DNA from: Rhodobacter capsulatus SB 1003
Lineage (GTDB): Bacteria; Pseudomonadota; Alphaproteobacteria; Rhodobacterales; Rhodobacteraceae
Direction: 5' to 3'
NCBI RefSeq assembly: GCF_000021865.1
Contig: NC_014034.1
Location: 270,001 to 302,000, forward strand
Length of the DNA stretch: 32,000 nt
The notes under the pieces were generated by a model. It made no database searches. It had not been told where the DNA came from and saw only the letters and a list, made by a program, of their open reading frames with translations. Made by a program: the position numbers and the translations under genes. Shown here piece by piece: positions 1-7,504 of this stretch; the first letter of the stretch is position 1, and every line of letters starts with the position of its first letter.

Positions 1-8
1 GGGTGCTT

Positions 9-219
9 TGACCGAGGCCATCGCCGAGGTCACGCGCGACAATGGCCCCGTGACCGGCGAGGGCCCAAAGGCCCTCGGCCTGCGCCCGCCCCGCCATCGG
101 CGGGCGCTGTCGCGCCGCCGGGGCGGAGCGCAGGCCTCTGTTGCGCTTGGGGAAACGGTCTTGCGGCAGCCGTGGCGATACGGGCGGGGAAAGGCGGTGC
201 CTTTCCTTTTCCGCCCGAA
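9..219 (+). repeat. Family-1 ~210-bp multi-hairpin intergenic repeat, copy A (left boundary close to window edge)
   Basis: Aligns by eye along its length with 5488-5702 and 12461-12672. Hairpins: GACCGAGGC-CATC-GCCGAGGTC, CGAGGGCC-CAAA-GGCCCTCG, GCGCCCGCC-loop-GGCGGGCGC, and a terminal nested hairpin CGGGCGG/GGAAAGGC-GGT-GCCTTTCC/TTTT/CCGCCCG. Ends about 6 nt before the stop codon of the minus-strand CDS at 226. Confidence 0.85.
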
Positions 220-225
220 ACACGC

Positions 226-1245
226 TTAGGCCAGCATGTCCCGCACCATCGGCGCGACCTTGCTGCCGTAAAGCGCGATCGCATCGCGCAGATGCGCGGG
301 GTTTTGCGGCCCGGCCGAGTATTTCAGCGTGAACCGGTCCAGCCCCAGCGCCTTGACCGTGGTCGCGATCTTCTTCGCCACCGTCTCCGGGCTGCCGACA
401 TAAAGCGAGCCATGGGCGATTTCCGCCTCGAAGGCCGCCTTGGTGAAACGCGGCCAGCCGCGCGAACGCCCGATCAGATCGTGCATCGTGGCATAGGCCG
501 GGAAATAGCGTTCCTTCGCCTCGTCATCGGTCGCCGCGACATGGCCCGGCGAATGCACCGACAGCGGCAGCATCTGTGCCCCCATCCGCGCGCGGGTGTG
601 GCGGTAAAGATCGGCCATCGGGGTGAATCGGGCCGGATTGCCGCCGATGATCGCCATGACCAGGGGCATGTCCATCGCCGCCGCCTCCAGCACCGAGTCG
701 GGGCTGCCGCCGACCCCGCGCCAGACCTGCAGCGGCCGTTCCGGGCGCGGATAGACCGTCACGCCCTTCAGGGCCGGGCGGTGGCTGCCTTGAAAGCTGA
801 TCTTCTCCTGCGCCACAAGGCTTTGCAAAAGCTGCGCCTTTTCGGTGAAGAGCGTCTCGTAATCGTTCAGGTCAAAGCCGAACAGCGGGAAGCTTTCGGT
901 GAAGGATCCCCGCCCGATCGTCAGCTCCGCCCGTCCCGGCGCCAGCGCATCCAGCGTCGCAAGGCGCTGAAACACCCGGATCGGATCGTCCGAGGACAGC
1001 ACCGTGACCGAGGTCCCGGCATGGATCCGTTCGGTCGAGGCAAGGATCGCCCCCAAAAGCGGCTCCATTGCCGAGATCGCGAAATCCGGGCGGTGGTGTT
1101 CGCCCAGACCGATGTAATCCAGCCCGACCTGATCGGCCAGAACCGCCTCGGCCAGCGTGTCGCGGATCACCTGCGCGCCCGAGCGGGGCCCGATCGCATC
1201 GGCGGTGATGTCGCCAAAAGTATCAAGGCCGAATTCAAGCACCAT
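226..1245 (-). CDS. LLM-class (luciferase-like) flavin-dependent oxidoreductase
   Basis: Translation MVLEFGLDTFGD...GLGEHH...FTLKYS is typical of luciferase-like monooxygenases. Start moved to the internal ATG at 1245 because GGAAAGGAGG lies 4-5 nt upstream; the track ORF extends to 1281. Confidence 0.85.
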   Translation of the reverse strand: MVLEFGLDTFGDITADAIGPRSGAQVIRDTLAEAVLADQVGLDYIGLGEHHRPDFAISAMEPLLGAILASTERIHAGTSVTVLSSDDPIRVFQRLATLDALAPGRAELTIGRGSFTESFPLFGFDLNDYETLFTEKAQLLQSLVAQEKISFQGSHRPALKGVTVYPRPERPLQVWRGVGGSPDSVLEAAAMDMPLVMAIIGGNPARFTPMADLYRHTRARMGAQMLPLSVHSPGHVAATDDEAKERYFPAYATMHDLIGRSRGWPRFTKAAFEAEIAHGSLYVGSPETVAKKIATTVKALGLDRFTLKYSAGPQNPAHLRDAIALYGSKVAPMVRDMLA

Positions 1246-1341
1246 CGCAGGCCTCCTTTCCATTGCAGGAAAGATAGGCAAAGGGCGCCTGTGCGCCTAG
1301 GCACGAGGTCGCACAGGAATCCCCGCAGAAATGCGCAGATT

Positions 1342-2616
1342 TCAGCCGTTCTCGCGCAGGACCTGGCCTGCCAGATACAGCGAGCCGCAGATCAGCACCC
1401 GCGCCTGCGGGTCTTGTTGCGCAATCTGATCAAGGGCTTGCGTGACCGATCCGGCCTCGGTGACCTGCGCGAAGCCCGCCTTGCGGGCGGCCTCGGCCGT
1501 GGCCGTGCTGGGGAGCGTGTTGACCTCGTTCGGGATCGAAACGGCGGTCAGGCTTTGCGCCTGCGCGGCGAGCGGGCGCAGATAGCCCGCGATGTCCTTG
1601 GTGTTGAGCATGCCGCAAATCAGATGCGTCGGGCGTTGCACCATCCGCGACAGCGTCGCCGCCACAGCTTCGCCCCCGGCCGGATTGTGGCCGCCATCCA
1701 GCCACAGCTCGACCCCCGGCGCGCTTTGCGCGAGCGGCCCCTGCCGCAGGCGTTGCATCCGTGCGGGCCAGTCGGCTTTCGTTACCGCCGCTTCGCAGGC
1801 CAGATCGTCAAAGCCGAGCACCCGCAGCGCGGCAATCGCGGCGCCTGCGTTTTCGATCTGATGCGGCCCGGGAAGGTTCGGCAAAGGCAGATCCAGAAGC
1901 CCGGTCTCGTCCTGATAGATCAGCCGCCCGCGGTCTTCGAAAGCGTGCCAGTGCTGGCCGTGGACAAAGAGGGGCACGCCCAGCCGCGCGGCTTTTTCCT
2001 CGATCACGGCAAGCCCGTCCGGCTGCTGCGGCCCGACCACGCAGGGCACGGCCCGTTTCAGGATGCCCGCCTTTTCGCCCGCGATCTCGGGCAGGGTCTC
2101 GCCCAGATATTGCTGATGGTCGATCGAGACGGGCGTGATGATCGTCAGCGCCGGTTTCGCAATCACGTTCGTCGCGTCCAGCCGCCCGCCAAGGCCGACT
2201 TCCAGCAGGGTGAAATCGGCGGGCGTGCGGGCAAAGGCCAGAAAGGCCGCGACGGTGGTGATTTCGAAGAAGGTGATCGGCTGCCCGCCATTCGCCGCGT
2301 CGCAGTCGTCAAGCAGCGCCGAAAGCGCAGGTTCGGAAATCAGCGTGCCCGCCAGCCGGATGCGTTCGTGAAACCGCGCCAGATGCGGCGATGTATAGGC
2401 ATGGACCGTCTTGCCCGAGGCCTCGAGCCCGGCGCGGATCATCGCCTGGGTCGAGCCCTTGCCATTCGTGCCCGCGACATGGATCACCGGCGGCAGGCGG
2501 GTTTCGGGGTGATCGAGCGCGGCCAGCAGCCGATGCACCCGGTCGAGCGTCAGATCGATGATCTTCGGGTGCAGCCCCATCAGCCGCGCCAAGATTTCAT
2601 CGGAGGGTTGCGGCAT
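1342..2616 (-). CDS. folC: Bifunctional folylpolyglutamate synthase / dihydrofolate synthase
   Basis: 424 aa with the Mur-ligase P-loop HVAGTNGKGST and FolC-like architecture. GAGGAG lies 7 nt upstream of the ATG. Sits downstream of accD, the classic accD-folC pairing. Confidence 0.93.
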   Translation of the reverse strand: MPQPSDEILARLMGLHPKIIDLTLDRVHRLLAALDHPETRLPPVIHVAGTNGKGSTQAMIRAGLEASGKTVHAYTSPHLARFHERIRLAGTLISEPALSALLDDCDAANGGQPITFFEITTVAAFLAFARTPADFTLLEVGLGGRLDATNVIAKPALTIITPVSIDHQQYLGETLPEIAGEKAGILKRAVPCVVGPQQPDGLAVIEEKAARLGVPLFVHGQHWHAFEDRGRLIYQDETGLLDLPLPNLPGPHQIENAGAAIAALRVLGFDDLACEAAVTKADWPARMQRLRQGPLAQSAPGVELWLDGGHNPAGGEAVAATLSRMVQRPTHLICGMLNTKDIAGYLRPLAAQAQSLTAVSIPNEVNTLPSTATAEAARKAGFAQVTEAGSVTQALDQIAQQDPQARVLICGSLYLAGQVLRENG

Positions 2617-2641
2617 GCTGGGCTCCTCTCAGGCAAAGGCC

Positions 2642-2702
2642 GGGGGCGCTGCCCCGCCGGGGCAATGCCCCGGCCCCCGGGATATTGAGAGCAAGATAAA
2701 GG
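2642..2702 (+). repeat. Family-2 module (GC hairpins + CCCGGGATATTGAGAGCAAGATAAAGG) in the accD-folC spacer
   Basis: GGGGGCGCTGCCCC, then hairpin GCCGGGGC-AAT-GCCCCGGC, then CCCGGGATATT..GCAAGATAAAGG. Matches 28201-28250 and the arms of 30661-30789. Abuts the accD stop codon (2703-2705). Confidence 0.6.
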
Positions 2703-3635
2703 TTATTCCGCCGCAGGTTGGTCTGCGGGCGGGGCGGCCTCGGTCGGCGCGGGACCGGGGGGCGGCAGCTCGCCCCAGATCGGCGGCGGCAGGCGCATCA
2801 TCATGCGCAGGATCACGATCAGCTCCTCGCGCAGTTTCTTGCGATGCGTGACGCGGTCGAGCATGCCGTGATCGAGCAGATATTCGGCGCGCTGGAAGCC
2901 CTCGGGCAGGGTTTCGCGGATCGTCTGTTCGATCACGCGCGGGCCCGCAAAGCAGATGAGCGAATTCGGCTCGGCGATCTGCACATCGCCCAGCATCGCA
3001 TAAGACGCCGTCACGCCGCCCGTCGTCGGATGGGTCAGCACCACCACGTAAGGCAGCCCGGCATCTTTCAGCATCTGCACGGCGACGGTCGAGCGCGGCA
3101 TCTGCATCAGGCTGAGAATGCCCTCCTGCATCCGCGCCCCGCCTGCGGCGGAAAACAGCACCATCGGGCAATGCAGCTCGATCGCGCGCTGGGCGGCGGC
3201 GAGGATCGCATTGCCGACATACATCCCCATCGAACCGCCCATGAAGGAGAAATCCTGCCCGACGGCGACGATGCGGGTCTTGCCCACCTCGCCTTCGACG
3301 ACCAGCATCGCCTCTTTTTCGCCGGTCGATTTCTGCGCCGCCTTCATCCGGTCGGGATATTTCTTCTGGTCGCGGAAATGCAGCGGATCGGCGATCGGCT
3401 CGGGGACCTTCACCTCGGTGAAGGCGCCAAGGTCGAAAAGCGCCTCGAAGCGGTCCCGCGGCGTGATCGCCATGTGGTGATCGCAATTGGTGCAGACGTT
3501 CAGATTGTCCGTCACCTCGCGGTGGAACAGCATCGTTCCGCATTCGGGGCATTTCGTCCACAGGTTCTCGGGCATCTCGCGGCGCGAGAACAGCGAGTTG
3601 ATCTTCGGTCGGACGTAGTTCGAGATCCAGTTCAT
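2703..3635 (-). CDS. accD: Acetyl-CoA carboxylase carboxyltransferase beta subunit
   Basis: 310 aa. N-terminal zinc-ribbon CPECGTMLF...CTNCDHH followed by a carboxyltransferase domain (GGSMG, GGARMQEG). Confidence 0.95.
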   Translation of the reverse strand: MNWISNYVRPKINSLFSRREMPENLWTKCPECGTMLFHREVTDNLNVCTNCDHHMAITPRDRFEALFDLGAFTEVKVPEPIADPLHFRDQKKYPDRMKAAQKSTGEKEAMLVVEGEVGKTRIVAVGQDFSFMGGSMGMYVGNAILAAAQRAIELHCPMVLFSAAGGARMQEGILSLMQMPRSTVAVQMLKDAGLPYVVVLTHPTTGGVTASYAMLGDVQIAEPNSLICFAGPRVIEQTIRETLPEGFQRAEYLLDHGMLDRVTHRKKLREELIVILRMMMRLPPPIWGELPPPGPAPTEAAPPADQPAAE

Positions 3636-3710
3636 CGGGGGGCCCCTTGGTTTCCGCGACGTCGCTTTGCAAGCTTGCGCTCAGATAAGCCCGCGCGCGG
3701 GCAAATGCAA

Positions 3711-4589
3711 TCAGCGCCGCAGCCGCAGGCGGACCGCCAGCCAGAACGCCACGATCGCCAGCGCGTCAAGCGCCAGATAAGGCGCCATCGTGGCAAGGTC
3801 GCGGGTGTTCAGCACCAGCGTGTAAAGCGCCAGCCCGTCGAGCTGGCCATAAAGCCCGATCAGCAGCACCGCCGAGATGTTGTTGGCGAAATGCAGCGCC
3901 AGCGCCGGGCCGAGGTTGCCCGCCCTTGCGGTCAGATCGGCGGCAAGGCAGCCAAACAGCATCGCCCAGAGCGCGAAGAAGATCGCCGTCGCGCCGTTCT
4001 GGCCGGGCGCGTAATGCAAGGCGCCAAAGAGCGCCGCGGGCAGCACCATCCAGGCCAGCGGATGGCGGATCCGCGCGCCGATCTGCTGCAGCAGATAGCC
4101 GCGAAACAGCAGTTCCTCGGCGGCGATCTGCACGAAAAGCAGCGGCAGCGCGATCGGCAGCCAGGACAGCAGCACCGGCAGGGGCGTCGATTTGCCAAGG
4201 TTCGGATCAAAGGCCGAAGTGGCGGCGACCAGCCCCACCAGGGCGAGCAGGGGCGGAAACACCCGCAGGAAATCGCGCCCCGCCCCGGGGCCGAGCAGGC
4301 TGGAGAGGCTGCGCCGGTGCAGGAAGCGCGTCACCATGAGAACGCCAAGCGCAAGCGGCAGGAAGGTGGTCAGCACCAGCACCAGCCCGACCGCAGTGCC
4401 GCCGCGGTCCAGTTCCAGCATCACCGCGGTCAGAACGACATTGCCCGCCAGCGCCTGCACCAGCGCCAGCCCCCCCATCACCGCCACCCAGTAGAAGGCC
4501 GCGATCAGCACAAGGCCGATCAGGCTGCGCAGCCATTCCGCACGGGCGCGGGCAGGGGCCAGATAGGGGGCAAGGCGAGGATAGGGCAT
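3711..4589 (-). CDS. CPBP-family (CAAX-type) intramembrane glutamic endopeptidase
   Basis: Polytopic membrane protein with the signature motifs EELLFRGYL, FGALH and HFANN. GGAGA lies 5 nt upstream of the ATG. Confidence 0.8.
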   Translation of the reverse strand: MPYPRLAPYLAPARARAEWLRSLIGLVLIAAFYWVAVMGGLALVQALAGNVVLTAVMLELDRGGTAVGLVLVLTTFLPLALGVLMVTRFLHRRSLSSLLGPGAGRDFLRVFPPLLALVGLVAATSAFDPNLGKSTPLPVLLSWLPIALPLLFVQIAAEELLFRGYLLQQIGARIRHPLAWMVLPAALFGALHYAPGQNGATAIFFALWAMLFGCLAADLTARAGNLGPALALHFANNISAVLLIGLYGQLDGLALYTLVLNTRDLATMAPYLALDALAIVAFWLAVRLRLRR

Positions 4590-4719
4590 GGCGGTCTCCG
4601 GCTTCGGGCGGCGGGCCCGTCGGTCTGGCGGGTGACCCTAGCGGCGGCGCCCGGGCGGGACAAGCGGCTTTACTTTGTGCGGGCGCTGGCGGAAGAGGGA
4701 TCTCTGCCCCGGAGGATCC

Positions 4720-5478
4720 ATGTTCGAAGTTTCCCTTGATCTGGCCCTGTCGCTGATCGGCGCGGCCTTTGTGGCCGGGTTTGTCGATGCGATCGCGGGG
4801 GGCGGCGGGCTGATCACCCTGCCGGTGCTGCTGCTGGCCGGGGCGACGCCGTTGCAGGCGTTTTCGACGAACAAGGTGCAGGGCGCTTTCGGCGCGGCCA
4901 CCGCGGCCTTGACCTATGCGGCCAAGGGGCAGGTCAATCTGCGCGCGCAGCTGGGGGCGGCGTCGCTTGCGTTTCTGTCGGGGCTGGCGGGGGCGTTTCT
5001 GGTCTCGGTGCTGCCGACCGAGGCGTTGCGGCGGGTGCTGCCCTTCATCCTGATCGCGATCGCGGCCTTTTTCGCCTTGCGCAAGGGGCTTGACGACACC
5101 GACCGCGCCGAGCGGATCCGGCCCGCGGCCTTTGCCGCCTTTGTCGTGCCGCTGATCGGGTTTTACGACGGGCTGATCGGGCCCGGCGCGGGGGCGTTCT
5201 ACATGATCGGCTTCGTGATGCTGGCGGGCTATGGCGTGCTGAAGGCCACGGCGCATACGAAACTTCTGAATTTCGCCTCGAATCTGGGCGGGCTGGTGGC
5301 CTTTGCCGCGATCGGGGCGCCCTGGTGGGTGACCGGGATCGCGATGGGCCTGGCGCAGGTCGCTGGCGCCAGTCTGGGGGCAAGGCTGGCGATGAAAAAG
5401 GGGGCGCGGCTGATCAAGCCGCTGCTGGTCGTGACCTCGACCGCGCTGGCGGTGCGGCTGATCTGGCAGATGATCTGA
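4720..5478 (+). CDS. TSUP-family (TauE/SafE-like) anion exporter
   Basis: Hydrophobic protein with GGGGLITLPVLLLAG and TNK motifs. Start set at the ATG at 4720, which is preceded by GGAGG 5 nt upstream; the track ORF starts at 4675. Confidence 0.85.
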   Translation: MFEVSLDLALSLIGAAFVAGFVDAIAGGGGLITLPVLLLAGATPLQAFSTNKVQGAFGAATAALTYAAKGQVNLRAQLGAASLAFLSGLAGAFLVSVLPTEALRRVLPFILIAIAAFFALRKGLDDTDRAERIRPAAFAAFVVPLIGFYDGLIGPGAGAFYMIGFVMLAGYGVLKATAHTKLLNFASNLGGLVAFAAIGAPWWVTGIAMGLAQVAGASLGARLAMKKGARLIKPLLVVTSTALAVRLIWQMI

Positions 5479-5487
5479 GGCGGCTTG

Positions 5488-5702
5488 TCTTGGCCTCGGC
5501 CATCGCCGAGGCCATGCCGGACATCAGCCCCGTGACCGCCGAGGGCCCAAAGGCCCTCGGCCAGCGCCCGCCCCGCTCCCGGCGGGCGCTTCTCGCCCGC
5601 CGGGACGGGCGCCGGCCTTTGTTGCGCCTGGGGCTGCCGGTCCCGGTTGCGCCCTCCCGCTTTCGGGCGGGGAAAGGCAGTGCCTTTCCTGATCCGCCCG
5701 GA
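5488..5702 (+). repeat. Family-1 ~210-bp multi-hairpin intergenic repeat, copy B
   Basis: Occupies nearly the whole spacer between the convergent stops at 5478 (+) and 5717 (-). Hairpins: GGCCTCGGC-CATC-GCCGAGGCC (perfect 9 bp), GCCGAGGGCC-CAAA-GGCCCTCGGC (perfect 10 bp), AGCGCCCGCC-CCGCTCCC-GGCGGGCGCT (10 bp), and terminal CGGGCGG/GGAAAGGC-AGT-GCCTTTCC/TGAT/CCGCCCG. Confidence 0.9.
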
Positions 5703-5716
5703 CCGAGGTTGGCTCC

Positions 5717-6715
5717 TCAGCAAAACCCCGAGGCCAGCCGCATGCCGCCCGTGGCCAGCCCGCGCCAGTTCCGGCTGACCGGCGGCACCAGCTCCGCCAC
5801 TACCGGATGATCCGGGGCCAGCGCGCCCAGATGCACCAAAAGCGCGGTGATCGCCGCTTCCGAGGCCCGCGTGGCGCCATCGGTGATCTTCAGCGCCACG
5901 CCGCGGCCCTGCTCCGGCAGGATCGCGACGAAAACCCCCTCGGCCCCGGTCTTTACCGCGACCTTGCCGCCCATCGCCCGCATCAGCTTCGTGCAGGCGC
6001 GGTTTTCCCCCGCCACCAACTCCGGAAAGGTCGTCATCGCCTGCACCAGCTGCGCCGCGGCGCCCGCGCGCAGGCCGCCCTCGGGCCGGGCGGCGGCAAA
6101 GAAGTGCATCGCCCGTGCCAGCCCCTCCAGCGTGCAGGCGAAATTCGGCGCCGAACAGCCGTCGATCCCCCAGCCCGCCGCCGTCTCGCCCGTCACCTCC
6201 TCAAAGGCCGCGCGGGCGGCAAGCTGCACCGGATGGTCGATCTCGACATAGTCGGGCCCACCCTTCAGATGCCGGTTCAGCGTCAGGAACCCGGCATGCT
6301 TGCCCGAGCAATTGTTGTGCAGCTGACAGGGGCTTTCCCCCGAACCGCTCAGCCGCGTCGCCTCTGCCTTGTCAAAGGGCAGATGCGTGCCGCAGCGCAG
6401 ATCGGCCTCGCCGAGGCCCAGACCCGTCAGCCAGGCGCTCACCGCCCCCACATGCAGCGCCGCCCCGGAATGGCTGGCGCAAGACAGCGCCAGTTCCCGA
6501 AGCCCCAGCCCGGCGGCCTTTGCCGCCCCGCTTTCGAGCAGCGGCAGCGCCTGCACCATCTTGCAAGACGAGCGCGGAAAGACCACCGCCCCCGCATCCC
6601 CCCACACCCTTTCCACGCCCTGTGGCCCGTAAACGACCGCATGGCCGCTGTGCAGGCTTTCCGGCAAATCCCCGCGCCAGATCTCGATCAATGCCGCCGC
6701 TGCCATCCAATCCAT
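5717..6715 (-). CDS. Asparaginase-family protein (Asparaginase_II / PF06089-like)
   Basis: 332 aa with the characteristic PRSSCKMVQALP, HSGAALH and HNNCSGKHAG motifs. An alternative in-frame ATG lies 9 nt downstream. Confidence 0.85.
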   Translation of the reverse strand: MDWMAAAALIEIWRGDLPESLHSGHAVVYGPQGVERVWGDAGAVVFPRSSCKMVQALPLLESGAAKAAGLGLRELALSCASHSGAALHVGAVSAWLTGLGLGEADLRCGTHLPFDKAEATRLSGSGESPCQLHNNCSGKHAGFLTLNRHLKGGPDYVEIDHPVQLAARAAFEEVTGETAAGWGIDGCSAPNFACTLEGLARAMHFFAAARPEGGLRAGAAAQLVQAMTTFPELVAGENRACTKLMRAMGGKVAVKTGAEGVFVAILPEQGRGVALKITDGATRASEAAITALLVHLGALAPDHPVVAELVPPVSRNWRGLATGGMRLASGFC

Positions 6716-6868
6716 CCTTTCATGCGCGAAAAGCCGCCGGGGGGGCTTTCCCCAAACGCCACTTTTGCGTTATCACTGGAATATCGAGTTGAAATCAGGT
6801 CTGCCACAGTCAAGAAGGGCCGATAGCCTACGGGCGGACCAGAGGCACAGACAGCTGGAGGCTGTTCC

Positions 6869-7393
6869 ATGAAGACGATCATCACGAGCGTCGCAGCGGT
6901 TCTCGCCGCGTCGCTGGCACTTTCCCCTGTCGCCCAGGCGCAGGAAAGCTCGAACCGCGTCGCCGCGAAGACCGACTGGAGCGTCTTCGTCGAAGACAGC
7001 CCGAAAGAATGCTGGGGCGTGTCGCCGCCGAAAAAATCGGCTGCCAGCAAGGACGGCAAGCCGGTGCAGGCGCGGCGCTCGGAAATCCTGCTCTTCGTCA
7101 CCTTCCGTCCCGGCAAGGCCGGAGAGGTGATGTTCATGGCGGGCTATCCCTTTGCCGATGGCTCCACCGCCGATCTGAAGGTGAACACCGGCGCCAGCTT
7201 CACCCTGTTCACCAATGGCGAAGGCGCCTGGGCGGGCTCGCCCGAGGAAGACGCCAAGCTGATCGCGGCGCTGAAATCGGGGGCCGAGGTGACGATCTCC
7301 GGCCGGTCGGGGCGTGGCACCAAGACCGAGGACACCTTCTCGCTGATGGGCTTCACCGCGGCGATGGAAGAAGCGGCCAAGCGCTGCAAATAA
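6869..7393 (+). CDS. Invasion-associated locus B (IalB) family periplasmic protein
   Basis: 174 aa. Signal peptide ending AQA-QE, and IalB-like DWSVF...C...SPP core with a C-terminal Cys. GGAGG lies upstream of the ATG. Confidence 0.8.
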   Translation: MKTIITSVAAVLAASLALSPVAQAQESSNRVAAKTDWSVFVEDSPKECWGVSPPKKSAASKDGKPVQARRSEILLFVTFRPGKAGEVMFMAGYPFADGSTADLKVNTGASFTLFTNGEGAWAGSPEEDAKLIAALKSGAEVTISGRSGRGTKTEDTFSLMGFTAAMEEAAKRCK

Positions 7394-7412
7394 GCGATCC
7401 GACACAGGCGAC

Positions 7413-7444
7413 GGCCCCGGCATTGTCCGGGGTCTTTGCGTTTC
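7413..7444 (+). terminator. Putative intrinsic terminator after the ialB-family gene
   Basis: GGCCCCGG-CATTGT-CCGGGGTC stem (8 bp including one G-U) followed by TTTGCGTTTC. Confidence 0.45.
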
Positions 7445-7504
7445 GGGCTACCTTTTGCGCAACGAATCCCCTATATGCACGGCTTGCCCAACGCTGGACC
7501 TGCC

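Noticed and set aside
9-219. Classical MITE interpretation (terminal inverted repeats plus target-site duplication) for family 1
   Set aside because: The left end (GGCCGAGGCCATCGCC...) and right end (...TTCCTTCTCCGCCCG) are not reverse complements of each other, and I could not find flanking direct duplications. This is why only the hairpin-ended ssDNA-transposon or REP-like model is kept as a hypothesis.
8-229. ORFs through the family-1 repeats (8-229, 12503-12724, and part of 5325-5810) giving similar peptides (...GPKALG.RPPR..RAL..RR.G...)
   Set aside because: The peptide similarity only mirrors nucleotide identity. The start codons are non-homologous (TTG, GTG, or none near copy B). Differences between copies are not biased to synonymous sites and include an indel region. 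Changes instead respect hairpin pairing, so this is a non-coding element.
172-2688. 838-aa plus-strand ORF spanning the LLM oxidoreductase and folC loci
   Set aside because: It is antisense to two well-supported genes. The translation is Arg/Pro/Gly/His-rich low complexity with no motifs. This is the typical stop-codon-poor antisense frame of a high-GC genome.
3689-3702. Perfect 14-nt palindrome GCCCGCGCGCGGGC after the CPBP gene
   Set aside because: It is a short GC palindrome of a kind expected often at this GC content. At most it is a weak terminator stem (followed by TTATCT on the minus strand). It is not repeated elsewhere in the window.
2718-4739. 673-aa plus-strand ORF over accD and the CPBP protease gene
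   Set aside because: Antisense to recognisable accD and CPBP genes, with a highly basic low-complexity translation. A GC artefact.
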